From NCBI RefSeq assembly GCF_963676685.1, contig NC_092348.1:55800001-55864000 (forward strand): a stretch of DNA of 64,000 bases, read 5' to 3'. Positions 1-13,451 of the stretch are shown here, in pieces (the stretch's first letter is position 1; each line of letters opens with the position of its first letter). Origin of the DNA: Mytilus edulis. Its lineage: Eukaryota. Under the pieces are notes generated by a model that saw only the letters and a program-made list of their open reading frames with translations, did no database searches and was not told where the DNA came from. The position numbers and the translations under genes were made by a program.

Positions 1-3000
1 ATTTAATAATAATAATAACAGACACACATTTTGACTATTAAAGTCTTATCAATATAGCATTCGAACTAAAGATCTGAAGTATCTGATAAACGATTCATGA
101 CAACTGTTTTATTCCTTCTCATCTTCAACGATGGTTCGTTTTAGATCAAAGTATTAAACTATTCAACATATAATTTAATGATTGAAAGATTGGGTTAAAT
201 ATGGTAATGTTTTGTTGGGGTAAAAACAAAGGACAGCATCCCGCAAGCAAAAATTTATTGACGGAATTGTATAGGATTCAAGGACACTTTCATTGTCTCG
301 AATTTTATAGTAAGTTGGTTGCTCCTTTACCATTGAGCTGAAACAAAATAAAAAGACAACATCATGCAAGCAATTTGTTTTCGATATTTGTTGATTGGGG
401 TGGAGGGGAGGAATTTCTAGGATCAAATAAAATTGAGAACGGAAATAGGGAATTTTAACTTGGTTGCTCCCAAAACACGAAACGGAGAAGAAAACATAAA
501 CAAGTCTAATAGCAATACAATATATATATATATAGATCATAAGATGTGGTATGAGTGCCAATGTGACAACGCTCCATCCAATTCACAATTTGTAAATTTT
601 TAAAGTAAACCATTTAGGTCAAGGTTCGGTCTTCAACACGGAGCCATGGCTCACACCGAATAGCAAGCTTTGCATTCTTGTGTTTTTGCGTAGCTTTAGG
701 GTTGCAATGCAGTTCATGACTTTTTTAACCCATGTATACGTAATACATGTCAAAAGTTATTTAACCTATATCTTGATATGCCCCGTGATGTCTAAACATT
801 CATTTTTTTCTCCTTTTTACTTGAGATTGCATGGCTACTTATGACGGTATTTGGTAGATTCCTTTGCCAAATATCATGCATATTATGTTTATAAACCCCT
901 AGATGTTTCAAATGCTCAACATGCTCACCGGTGAATAGGATAGACAAATATATGCAAAGAATTCTACTCAAACCGGCTCTAGGTCGGAACCGTTTTGAAC
1001 TTGCAATAAGGTGTGGTAGTTTGCTCCATGAGTTAGCCACAATCCAATTTTAAGCAGATCTTTAGTGGACAACAGACAATAAACATAATAACTTTTCATT
1101 ATCTTTTTATAATAAGCCAAAACTTTAAAGGACGTAAGATTGCAATTTTACGTTGATAGATACAAAAAATATAACGTAAACTCAAAGTAAGCAGTACAAA
1201 GCCCAAAATACTGCAGCATTCTTTCGAGTAAGGTAACACACTTTTTTTCTACTGAATCAATTATCAACCAAGTATGAACTATATCTGTATCATGCGCGAA
1301 TGTTTCAGTTTACGAAAGAAAACAAATTATTAATTAATCAAATCCCGAGATCATTATCCTAGCATCTATGCTGATTGCATTTGGTACACATGTTTCAACA
1401 GATCATATTCAATATTGATAAACAGATGGCAAACGATAGGAAACGGGTGACTAATTAGAACCGGATATGATTAAGTCTTTAAGTAATCACTGATAATTAC
1501 AACCCTGTGGAGTGTAAGACTATATATGTAATTGGATTGTGTGTGTGCATTTACATTTTCAACAGAAAAAGTAACCATCAAAATAGATAAAAATGAATAC
1601 TATCGCATATCTGTGGTTTCTCTGATGTTCTGACTATGCAATCTTTTGTGAATTTCAGACGAGACAACTGTTCTGAGTCACGAGAATACATCATAGCTAT
1701 CCTTGCAGATTAAACAGGATATTTGCAAAGGCGTTTCTTCGTCAAAAATTACAAATTACACATGTATATATGTGCAGAAAATTGACAAATATAACCGATT
1801 GTGTTGAATTTTAAACTAAACATATACATGGTATATGATGAAAAAACATCGCATTGTATAAATCACCAAAACCGAATCACTGTAACATTTCTGTTCATAT
1901 CCGATGATGTACCCTTATTTTAAAAGTGGTAATCCAAATTTTCCCGACCTTCATTCTGGGCAGTTTATTTTACAGGACCAAACTATTGTATTTAACTATT
2001 GCTCGTCCTGAACCACTGCATGGTCGTTATATAACCAACAATCAATCATAACTGCACTTACAAATAATAAACGGAGATAAAGGAAACTCTTATACTTATT
2101 TAATTATGAGGTGTGCTACAGATTTAACTGTAACACCAAAGATTAACAACATAGATAAAGATATTGCTATCATGGGTAACGAACGATCTCACTACTCACA
2201 TTAGAAAATCATGAAAAATTATTATAATCTTAGAAAATGATCAAATTCTTAAACTGCAAAAATAACAATTGCTAGATATTTCAATTTTATGAATGAGGAC
2301 TAATGAACAAAAGTCTAGTTTCAAAATTTACACCAGAAACTACACGAAATCTCGTTTTAAACGAAAACTTATAACAATTTCAATACACGAATAACAGAAA
2401 TCTTCTTAAAAAACCTCTATCAACAACATTGACTTAAGTTATTCGATATATAATCCATGTATTATTTTATGAAGTCATAAAATGGCTGCATTAATCTAGA
2501 ACGGACTGGGCTGGCAGTAGAGCATCATGCCCGTTTTGGGACTGTGCTGAAATAAAGTCCGGGGAAAAAAATTTGATCTTTGTTGAAAAGCATAAAAGCA
2601 CTTATGGTCGAAGACACTCACATGCATGCACCCTTTTTAGAGGAGACAGTAACTAATGTAAAAAATATGGTTTGCTCAATGACAAGATCGCTTAAAAACA
2701 AACACCACAGACACACACATTTGAGATGACTTAGAGGAGACAATATCTGATATAAATCAGTAAATCTTTCATTCAATCCGGCTTATTAAAAGTGTGTTTT
2801 GTGCCATGACAAGATCGCATGAACTTGCTTTAAAAAAAACCATACACACACATTTTAGGTGACTTAAAGGAGACAGAAACTGATAAAAATCTTTTATTCA
2901 ATCCGGCTCATAAAAGTATGGTTTGCTCCCAGACAATAGATCACGATATCTATAGACCAAAAGAACAGATGCTACCAGTATTTTACGGTCATTTCACCCT

Positions 3001-3558
3001 CCATATACCAGACAATTAAATAAGGACGGATGAGTGCACCGATTACATACCTGCTTCTGTTATCTATAAATCATGGGAGATCAGTATTATTGGCAAACTG
3101 AAAACATATGGTGTCTAACAGCAAAGATAAATAAAGATCTAACAGGATTGCATGATATTTATAAAATTTACGATTGACTACAGCTTCTGAGGATCGAAAC
3201 AACTGCCATAAGACAAAGGCTACTATGTTATATCACTGTCTACATATTTATTACTGGAATTATATATCAACATCTTTTTTTCTGTTGTTTAGCATTGATT
3301 CTACAATACTTTCGTGTCTCAATATTCAAGCTTCTCTAAACACACAAAGAATTAAGTACTTTTCATATGGTGCCCGAAAAAACAGATCCCCATCAAAAAT
3401 AAAATTATTGGGTCGTCATTACAAAACATTATCAATATTGGTAGGTATACATCAAAAGAATATAATTATATAAGCCTAAAAAATAAATAAAAACCGAATG
3501 TTGGCCTCTACGAGGGTTTGGATGGGGTTAAATGATTATAGAATATAGCCCTTAAAAA

Positions 3559-3695
3559 TGAAGATTAGAGAATAACGGGCAAAAAAATTAAGATTAGAGA
3601 AATGTGTGGTCTAATTTTTTGAAGATTAGAGAAAAAGGGGTTAATTATTTGAAGATTAGAGAAAAAAGAGGTGAAAATTAAATGTTTACAGAATA
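3559..3695. repeat. Minisatellite, ~30-bp unit containing GAAGATTAGAGAA
   Basis: AAGATTAGAGAA recurs four times at ~30-nt spacing. Confidence 0.7.
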
Positions 3696-6600
3696 AGAGT
3701 TCTTTAAAATATCAAGGTTTTTTAAAAGGGCCCGGGGTCTCCAGAATTTGAATAACTTCAAGTAGACTATAAAAAATTTGCGTTTCTATTTTTCAAGTTT
3801 TATCAAGTTCCTGTATATAAATGTTGTTTATAACTTGTTTTAAATCTTTGTTTATGTCTGTATGCGACCTATCATTGGATATGACATGCGCAATGGATAC
3901 AAACAAAAATCAGACGGGTGTACCTAGTAGAGCAGTACTTCCATTCTTGATGAAACTTTACAAGGTCACATGATGTTCTTACCTGCTCTAGATCGAGGAC
4001 GCAGTAAAGTAATGTTAAGCAATTATGTAATTTTACTCGATTTAATGGATGGAACTTCAAATGTCAAAAGATTATACCGTTTATCAATACTTCTGATATC
4101 ATATTGAAGATTTGAAGATTGCATAAATCTAAAACCATTATTTTTTGGAAATGCTGAATTTTTAAGATTATTGAACACTATTTGACAATTAGTTTTTCTG
4201 CAAAAGAGGGGCGAAAGGTATCAGAGGGACATTTAAGCAATATCTTCTAGAAATCCATTAGTATTTCTTATTTTGAAATTTAAAAAAAACTATTACGAAC
4301 ATTAAACAGATAATTTCCAATGGTTTTTGTACTTTTGTTCTCAAAAATTGTACTTTGTATTTTAAAATTGTACTTGTACTTTGATTGACACTGATTTGCC
4401 AGATGTTTCTGTCCTTTATAAAAAAAGTTTTATCGTAAACTGTTTATGAATGAAATCTCAATTGCTTTTATTTTACTGTCATCAAATTTACACCTTATAA
4501 ATGGTCATTGTACGAAGACTTGATACGCTACCAAACATACCTACGTATGGTTAAATTATCAGAACTTATGCTGATAAATTATGTAATACTTATGTATGTA
4601 TGTACATATACTGTTTGTACTTTGAACTGAGCTGGTTTTGTCTGAAGTAAAATGTTTGAAATTGTATTAAGCTCCTTGTGAGCTCATGTAATGGAAATAA
4701 AAACATTTTCTTTTAAGAGTATTCCTTTTTAGGCTAGCGTACAAAATATACTTTGTAATTTCCTCTGTTTATATTGGCAATCGTTCGTTTTCGAACGTCC
4801 GGCCAGTACATAAAATACACATTGACAAAAACGCCCTTATAAATTGTTTTTTTCCTGCAAAAATGTTTGAGTTTATTAAAAATCATGTTTGGGTTTTGAT
4901 GTAAAACGAAGAATATATCTTGTATGATTGCCAATAAGACAGCTATACACAGATAAAATTAAGAGGAGGCTAGCAATTATAGGCCTTCAACAATAAGAAA
5001 ACCCCATACCGTATAAAAGGCTATAAAAAGCAACACATATATCAGATTCAACTTCAGTGTACACTTAATTTAAATCTCATTTCAATTTAAAATAACCGAG
5101 GCAACCATGTTATTTTATAGAAGTCTCATAAACAATTGGACACATTCGCACGTCCACAACCGAATTTCATTTAAAAATGCAAATTATTGGCAGAAGAAAA
5201 TGTTTCAATCATTTTAACTGTCAAGAAAAATGTATAAAATTCCATTTAGAAAACATGAAAATTGATTATTTAGAATATGAATGTTGATATTGTCCATCAT
5301 GTCATACAGTGTTGACAAATTAATCTGGTGTTTTCAATTATTAATATAATTATTCATATTTGTCACTAGAAGCTGTAAGATCTAACCGAAGAAAACGATG
5401 ATATATCTTCGTTTTGTGGTTCCAAGCGAGAATTGTCGCCCAGACACAATATAGGTTAAATGAGATCGATAATTCTACCATCAGACTAGTAACTATGGTG
5501 ACAAAAATCTTTCAGATGATTGTTTTCATGTTGAATAGTATAATTTTGTATGTTTACGTGCATTGTCATGCAAAGGGAGAATCATATAAATATATGCATA
5601 TGGCTTCTTTCCCATATCCATTCTCAATATTCATAGGTTTAGTTAATGACATGAATCAATACACAAATCTTTCTTTACGCTAATAGCATTACAGTATACA
5701 TAAAAACAGCATATATTTCTCCGAAACTAATGAGGTATTTTTAATGATCCACTTACTGTGCTTCAAGGTTAAAAGTAAAGCGAGGTTAATTATGTATGTT
5801 GTATGCTTGGTACATCTTTCTGTCAGATAATTTTTATATAAAGTACAACAGAGTACTGAGATAAGAACATTTTGTGACAAAACCAACAGTTATGGTTCGA
5901 CATTTTGTCACATGAATCTGTTTCCCATTTTCCTTTGTTGAAAACTGACATGCTGATTACGGGTTAAAGATATTTTCATGACCTTGGATTTTTCATTGGC
6001 TTATTGGATTCAAATTACACATCCCTATCGAATAAGCACTATTTTCTTCATGGTAATGACAATGGACATTATCTGTCAATCTGCCAATCATCTGAGCCTA
6101 TCTAGCCATTATTCGGAACCTCTTTTTTATTTTAATGCCTGATGCTCCTAATGTATTTGTCTATTTAAGTTTTAGGTCTCTAGATTATCTTCTTAAGGTT
6201 GTCAAAGAAACACGTGTCTAACGCCCTGAAGTCAAGTTAAAACTATACATGTCTTGCGTTTATTTTCTTCTTGAACTTAAAATAAAACTAATGCAAATGC
6301 CGTGATCAAACAGAAAATGCGGAATGGCTATTTGTGTGGTATCAATTTGGGTGTCAACAATTTCAGTTTTATTCTTTAATATTTTTGGGTTAAATCAAAT
6401 ACATTATATGTTTAGAGAATCTTTACAACTTTACTAAGAACTCGGTGTATAAAATATGATTCTTGGACAGATGCGGATCCAGTCATTTTTTTAAAAAGAG
6501 GGGGGTCCCAACCCAGGACAAAGGTTCCAACTATATGTTCCCATTCAAATGCATTGATCGGCCAAAAAAGGGGGAGGGTTCCAACCCCCGGACCCCCTCC

Positions 6601-7919
6601 CCTGGATCTGCCAATGTTGGAACACAAAAAAAACGGAATTATCATTAGTTGAACTCTGAGTCGAAGTACAAAATGTATGACTGCATTCCAAGAACCAAAA
6701 TGACACAAACAGTTAATGCCGCCGACGGTCAAGTTTACATGAGCCAGATGCAATTAAGCTTGATACATAATTATCGATGTCTATACTGAGCAAACATGTA
6801 TATCAACTTCTTGCATTCTTTGACATGAAATGTTAGCAAGAACAACACATAAAGCAGAGACAAAGTCTGGATTTTATTATTTTCTGGAGGGTTACTATGG
6901 TAAACAATAGAAGTTATGTAAGTAAGCAAAGCCTCGGGATGTTAATTGAAAACAAATGAGATACAAATATTTTGTTGAACGCCAAGAGGGTTGCTATGGA
7001 TACAAGAAAACATTCTGTAATGTTATAATAATACATCGTTTTCATCTGCACTTATATATGTATATCATTAAGACATGTATTGTAAAGTCATTATGCATCT
7101 GCACCAGAACATTTGGAAACATTTGGGGTTCTGATTGGGGTTATTTATCTATGTTTAAAGAATTCTTCTTGTATAATAATAAACAAAGAGATGTCCTTTT
7201 TTCGTAAATTAACTGGTACAAACTCATAACCGACATTTTCTGAAGAATTAGATCTATTTTATTTAACTGTCAGTTTTTAATTTAATAATTATTTAATAAT
7301 TTTTCATGTTCATGCGCTTAAACAGAATTTGGGGAAATGACCTCTTCCTAAAATATGTATTTAAGTTTTGGTATATATATTGTGGAAGATTGATGATTGA
7401 ATAAGTATTCGATCTATTGGGCTAGATAAAAAAATGAATGAATAAAGTACCAACTGTTGAATAGCAAGTATACCATAAATCCGTTTAAAATATGTAAGGA
7501 TCGATGCCCACGTGTCAAGATCAAAGAAGTCATACGTTGTAAGAATAATTAAAGGATATGTTAACGACCTTCAAATGACCTTCACCAAGTTCTGAGTGTT
7601 TGAGATTAAATATTTGCATAAGTCTGGAATACATTCACAATTATAAAAGAGTACTCAATTTTCTTTGTATGAAATATCAATTATGTCTACAAGTAGCAGT
7701 TGATATCATTTTAAAGTTATCAAACACAATGTTAAAGCAATTGAGCAGATATTTTTAAGCGGTTTTTTGTTTTATTTTTGTTTGATAATCTGACTTTAAA
7801 AGATTGCCAATATTTTCTTAAAAATCATTATTAAAATAATTTTAACAAACAAGTTTGTTTTCTAGAATTTATGAGGCCTGTTTTTTTTCAACAAAGGTTG
7901 TAAAATCGATCCCCGCATG

Positions 7920-8067
7920 TGGCAATTGTGTTCGACTCAGATCTTAATTGACGAGGATTATTAGTTTTCCAGTCGAAGGTCGTAGTTTTCTCCTCCAACT
8001 ACCTCCTCAAATAAAAGCTGACCGCCACGAAATATTCAATGGTGCTGAAAGTAGCACCAAGCACCAG
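7920..8067 (+). mobile_element. Degenerate SINE 3' portion
   Basis: ..GTTTTCTCC..CCTCCTCAAATAAAAGCTGACCGCCACGAAAT..GCTGAAAGTAGC resembles the invertebrate SINE core/tail; similar remnant ~57620-57692. Confidence 0.35.
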
Positions 8068-10396
8068 TTAATGAATCTAACACTCAATGGATAATGGATA
8101 GTTTTGGATACTGTCTAATGGTTGTGTTGTTTTTATTTGACGTTTTTGCACGCAGATAGCCGACATTGAGAAACTGCATGGCTGTTCCTTTTCGATTCGT
8201 ATGGCGGAATCGTTACCAGGAGAATAGAAGAAGCAGGGTTTTTTTTATCATATCTGAATTATGTAACTTGCACATGCTCTTTGAATACAAGTTAACACAC
8301 GTTCGTTCATTTCATTTGAAAGAAATCCTCGATTGTAACGCCAGGACAGATATAACTTTGTATTTGTTTACGGACAGAACAATCAAACAGACCACACGTA
8401 ACATCTGTGTAAAATCGACACCGAGTCCATTAGATCGAAGTCTATTCTGTAACAATGTCTGTAGCACTGACAAATAATACTGTCTGTATCAATATTTATA
8501 ACGTTTTTAATCTCAATCCGATCAAATGGTTTTTAATCTCCAATCCGATCATAACTGTGCATAATCTCTTAACTCGACTATCAAACAAACCCTGTTTATA
8601 ATCGATACTACGGATAAAGTTTTAAATGATTTGCTGCGGGTGGGGATATTGCACACAAATAGGACTACATTGTGTTTTTCGGTCAATCCCATAAATGCAT
8701 TGATTAAAAAAAGCAATACTTGATGGTATGGCAATTTGATGTAGTCGAAACGTAGTTATTCGAATAAACCCAAGAAATGTATTAAGCAGAACTAACATGT
8801 ACGCGATATATGTAAATCAAGGTAAACTATAACTGAAACAAAACGATAATAGGTATATGGCAATTTAAAAAGGTACCATAAATCGTGGGGCTCTACAAGT
8901 AAGACAAGTTAACGCTATACCCAAATATGATTGTCTTTATAGTTAACTTTTTATACGTGTACACAAAAAAGTAGGTTATTGTCACATATGTTTTGCAAAT
9001 AACATGTATTATTTCTAGCTTAGGTCAAAATGTTCTCATTGAAGGCATACCATGACAAATACATTAACAAAAGGGGGTCTCATTATCGTATATATACACT
9101 GATACAGTAATCCAGCTGGCATACACATATCGCGTCGCATTTGATATACTTATAAAAAAACCGGAAGGATTTTTTCTCATACGTTCACCCAGTTTAGTTA
9201 ACCTTTTCACTTCTATGTTAAAGCAGATGAAAAGAAAATGCAAGCATTTATGAAAATATCTTTTTTTTTCTCAGATGTTCACCCAGTTTAAACCTTTACA
9301 ATGAATAATATTAAAGTATTATTTTGTCGGAAACAAAAGAATCGATACTTAGTACTATTAAACGGTTATATTTTATTATTTTCCACCCCCTCCCCTTTTT
9401 TATACTATTTTTTTTGTAAATTAGGCTAATAAAGCAACAGCATTTTCAGTTTTCTACGGGCATATGACAATAATTAGATCTTCAATTTGTTCACTTGATT
9501 TAGAGAAGTTTTTATAAGAATAGAGCCAATACATAATTCGAATGGAACATTTAATTTTTTTTAATTTTTGAAATCATATATGACTTCATAATAAAATTAT
9601 TATACTAAATAAAAAAGAAGATGTGATATCATAATTGCATATATACATGATATAAGAGACAACTGTCTATCATAATTAAATGAAGAGGACATCAGCAACG
9701 AAAGGCCGTCGTACGGCTATTAATTATAGGAGACAACCCATACCGTATATTTTCGGCTTTTTGAAGCATCTATAAATTCTCAAAAAAAACTATCGCGTTA
9801 ACAGTTATATCCAGCAACAAGCCACCCAAATAAGACTTTTAAGTCAATGAGAGGCAGAAAATAAGACTTTCGTTAATAATTCCTATGAACCTACAGAAAG
9901 CTGAATTTGAATCAATATTGCAACAAACACGAATTGATGAGCTTAAAATTATCACTGAAAAGATCTGTCAGTGTCCTTCGGATTCTCTCGGACTTGAACA
10001 TTGTTGAATGAGATCAACTATAGATATCAATCAAGATATATGACCATGGATTCTGATCAACCTTTATTGTATCTTGACACACTAAGTCTGCTTGGCCTTG
10101 ACCATAATCAAATGAAAGTTCATATATGGAATCTTTCCAAGTGATCCTTATCCAAAATGTTCGTCCTTGACCCAGAGAGTCTATACAATTTCATTTTACT
10201 ATCTGCATCGGGTGCCATCATAAAAATAGGGATAGTTATAAAATACACTTCATCTAATTTTAAACAAGAATGTGTCCATAGTACACGGATGCCCCACTCG
10301 CACTATCATTTTCTATGTTTAGTGGATCGTGAAATTAAGGGTCAAAACTCTAATTTGGCATTAAAATTAGAAAGATCACATCATAGGGCACATGTA

Positions 10397-11234
10397 TCAG
10401 GTATTTCACATCCAAAATTTTATGGAAATATTCTTTATAAAGCACAAAAATGTCAGTATTCTCCTCAGAAACTAACAAAACCTTTAAATAGACTTATTAA
10501 AAGGGGATATAGTTACGATACTGTTGTCAGGTCATTAAAGATTGCATATTTTGGCTTTAACATTGATTCACTGATAGGGTCTTTGCATCGGAACTAAACA
10601 CATTTATTTCTAAAAAAACAGTTGTTGGCATGACACGGGTTATGTTCTTCTCATATATTTTATGATAGTATGATACTAAACCCCTAACGGGAGGGATTGT
10701 ACCTGATATTCATATGATGAAGACATAATCTTTCAATCAGTTTAATTGAGGTCTGGAGCTACATGTCAGTTAACGGCTAGTAGTCTGTTGTTATTTATGT
10801 ATTATTGTCATTTTATTTATTTTCTTTTGTTACATCTTTTGACATCAGACTCGGACTTCTCTTGAACTGAATTTTAATGTGCGTATTGTTATTCTTTTAC
10901 TTTTCTACATTGGCTAGAGGTATAGGGGGAGGGTTGAGATCTCATAAACATGTTTAACCCCGCCGCAATTTTGCGCCTGTCCCAAGTCAGGAGCCTCTGG
11001 CCTTTGTTAGTCTTGTATGATTTTAGTTTTTAGTTTCTTGTGTATAATTCGGAGTTTAGTATGACGTCCATTATCACTGTACTATTATGCATATTTTAGG
11101 GGCCAGCTGAAGGACACCTACGGGTGCGGGAATTCTCGCTACATTGAAGACCCATTGGTTGCCTTCGGCTGTTGTTTGCTCTATGGTCGGGTGGTTGTCG
11201 CTTTGACATATTCACCATTTCCTTTCTCAATTTT
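10397..11234 (+). mobile_element. 3' end of a Penelope-like retroelement (family A), 5'-truncated, inserted in a Helentron-type element
   Basis: Encodes C-terminus GISHPKFYGNILYK...LIKRGYSYD...LHRN* followed by a structured 3' region; near-identical inverted copy at 45364-46306. Confidence 0.7.
10912..11002 (+). ncRNA. Twister ribozyme motif, P5-type permutation (intact-looking)
   Basis: P5 GGCTAGAGGT/GCCTCTGGCC; P2 GGGG/CCCC; GAGGG; T|AA cleavage site 10955|10956; GCC; P3 GCAA/TTGC; P4 CCTG/CAGG with loop TCCCAAGT - matches the twister core UAA-P2-GCC...G-P4(UCCCAAGC)...P2-GAGGG. Confidence 0.8.
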
Positions 11235-12954
11235 AAGTTTCAAGTTGATTGGACTTCAACTTCATCAAAAACTACCTTGACCAAAAACTTCAAACCTGAA
11301 ACTTGCACTATCATTTTCTATGTTCAGTGGACCGTGAAATTGGGGTCAAAACTCTAATTTGGCATTAAAATTAGAAAGATCTTAGATCATAGGGCACATG
11401 TGTACTAAATTTCAAGTTGATTGGACTTCAACTTCATCAAAAACTACCTCGACCAAAAACTTTAACCTGAAGTGGGACGAACAGACGAACGGACGTACAT
11501 ATCAGAAAACATGATGCCCCTCTACTATCGTAGGTGGGGTATATAATAAACGAAATCAGAGACAGTGCACATCTTTAATACATTAAAATGAATAATGTGT
11601 TACATGGTGATTGCTCTTCCTCAAGTAGCCCTAAGTATTAACAAACATATGTTGTGTTCTGACACCTTATCAGTAGAGAATATACACACATTGACCGAAG
11701 GGTCTGCATATATGTCACGTGTATTTAATCATATTTGCAATCTAAGGGAGATTCTCGCAACGGGTGCATTAATATACTAGTATTCATCCGAAAGAACAAT
11801 CATGAACATCTGAAAGATTTATCTTAATCTTTAACATTTTTGTTCCTTTATGTCTTTTTAAAATAATATGGGCAAATCTTTAGTCAAATGAACGGACTGT
11901 TCCAAAATGATACCGTTCTAGTTTAAGAATGTTCGTAATCATGATAATCATTGATAGTCAACCCTATATATTAGCCTCAATATGTCTTTTAATCTAATAT
12001 TTGTTGAATTTTATGTACCTCAAACTCTATCCTTTGTTGATGGCATAAAAATAAGTAGTTGTCTTATAATTGCCAATGGGACAACTATCCACCTAAGTTG
12101 AAATAAATTGGATGTTAGCAATTGAAAGCAGTGTTTTATTGACTGTTGCTTGTTCTTGGTCTTATTGTACCCTTAGACTATATTCCCCCTTTATACAACC
12201 TAATCAGATAAGTGACTACTTAAACATAGTAATTTAAAGTAACATGCAAAGTCGATCTAGAGGAGAACGAGCAACTCTTCTCCTGTTCTCTACTCTTTGC
12301 TTGTGGGACGTAGTCTAAGTTTCTTCGAAGACAATTTCTCCCTGTTGACTTATTATATATGTATTTTTTTCTCGTTTTAGCATGCAGTGCAGGAACTAAA
12401 TAATGATGTTGTCTACATTTAGCATGTTTAGTTAAATGATTACAAACAATGATAATCCTAACATATTTAAATAAATATATAACATACTTGAATGTTTTGA
12501 CTTCAATGCATACAGTTTGTTTAATGCTAATCAACTGTATATAAATTCTTTTTTTGTCAATGTTCAACTCGTAATAAGTCAAAATGACCTTGAGCTTACA
12601 TAATTTCATTTAAGTTTAAATATTCTAATACAGTGGCCTTGACCGCCAAAAGAACACACTGTCCAATTATGTCATTTTGATAGGACTGGGATCGATTTTA
12701 ATGATTACTAGATTATAAACATTACATGTTTACCATTGATTTGTAGAACAACCAATGGTGTTCAAATTTCGTTCTAATCTGTTGTTAATTTTCTCATTTA
12801 CAGCTGATCGAAATTACGCTGAACTCAAAGATAAATCAAATTATATTAAGCATATATAACGTCTCCCAAAGGTCAAGTGGACAATTACTAAGGGTAAACT
12901 GTCTCAGTGACAAAAACAAATGAGTATATTGTGCGATTGGTATATAGTTATAGA

Positions 12955-12993
<39 letters not shown>
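12955..12993. repeat. (GT)n/(CA)n microsatellite in junctophilin intron 1
   Basis: Direct TG dinucleotide run with one interruption. Confidence 0.9.
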
Positions 12994-13046
12994 ATACTGA
13001 CGAAACGGCATTCATGACATGCAAAGGGAAAGGATACAACTATTTA

Positions 13047-13451
<405 letters not shown>

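Larger units (their letters stand above)
10262..11545. mobile_element. Helentron/HINE-type element with internal ~150-bp tandem repeats (interrupted by the family A PLE end); partial inverted copy ~19740-19912, degenerate copy ~30478-30630
   Basis: AAACAAGAATGTGTCC start, repeated TTGCACTATCATTTTCTATG..AATTTGGCATTAAAATTAGAAAGATC unit, GACG microsatellite, terminal hairpin GCCCC..CTAC..GTAG..GGGG. Confidence 0.6.

Noticed and set aside
3559-3695. CRISPR-like repeat-spacer array
   Set aside because: Eukaryotic context; the spacers are similar to each other, so it is a simple minisatellite.
1-10000. Short ORFs or further junctophilin exons in the first 10 kb
   Set aside because: No MORN-like or otherwise recognisable coding signal; consistent with a long intron containing decayed repeats.
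10157-10597. 146-aa ORF as a host gene
   Set aside because: Chimeric: unique DNA plus a Helentron-type repeat plus the PLE ORF end joined by insertions.
10713-10760. SECIS-like ATGA...GA hairpin in the PLE 3' UTR
   Set aside because: Helix length and apical AA spacing do not fit a canonical SECIS by eye, and no in-frame UGA is visible in the ORF fragment; would need SECISearch.
12955-12993. Analogy to the pathogenic repeat downstream of human JPH3 exon 1
   Set aside because: This is an ordinary (CA)n microsatellite, not a CTG/CAG triplet; no evidence of homology.
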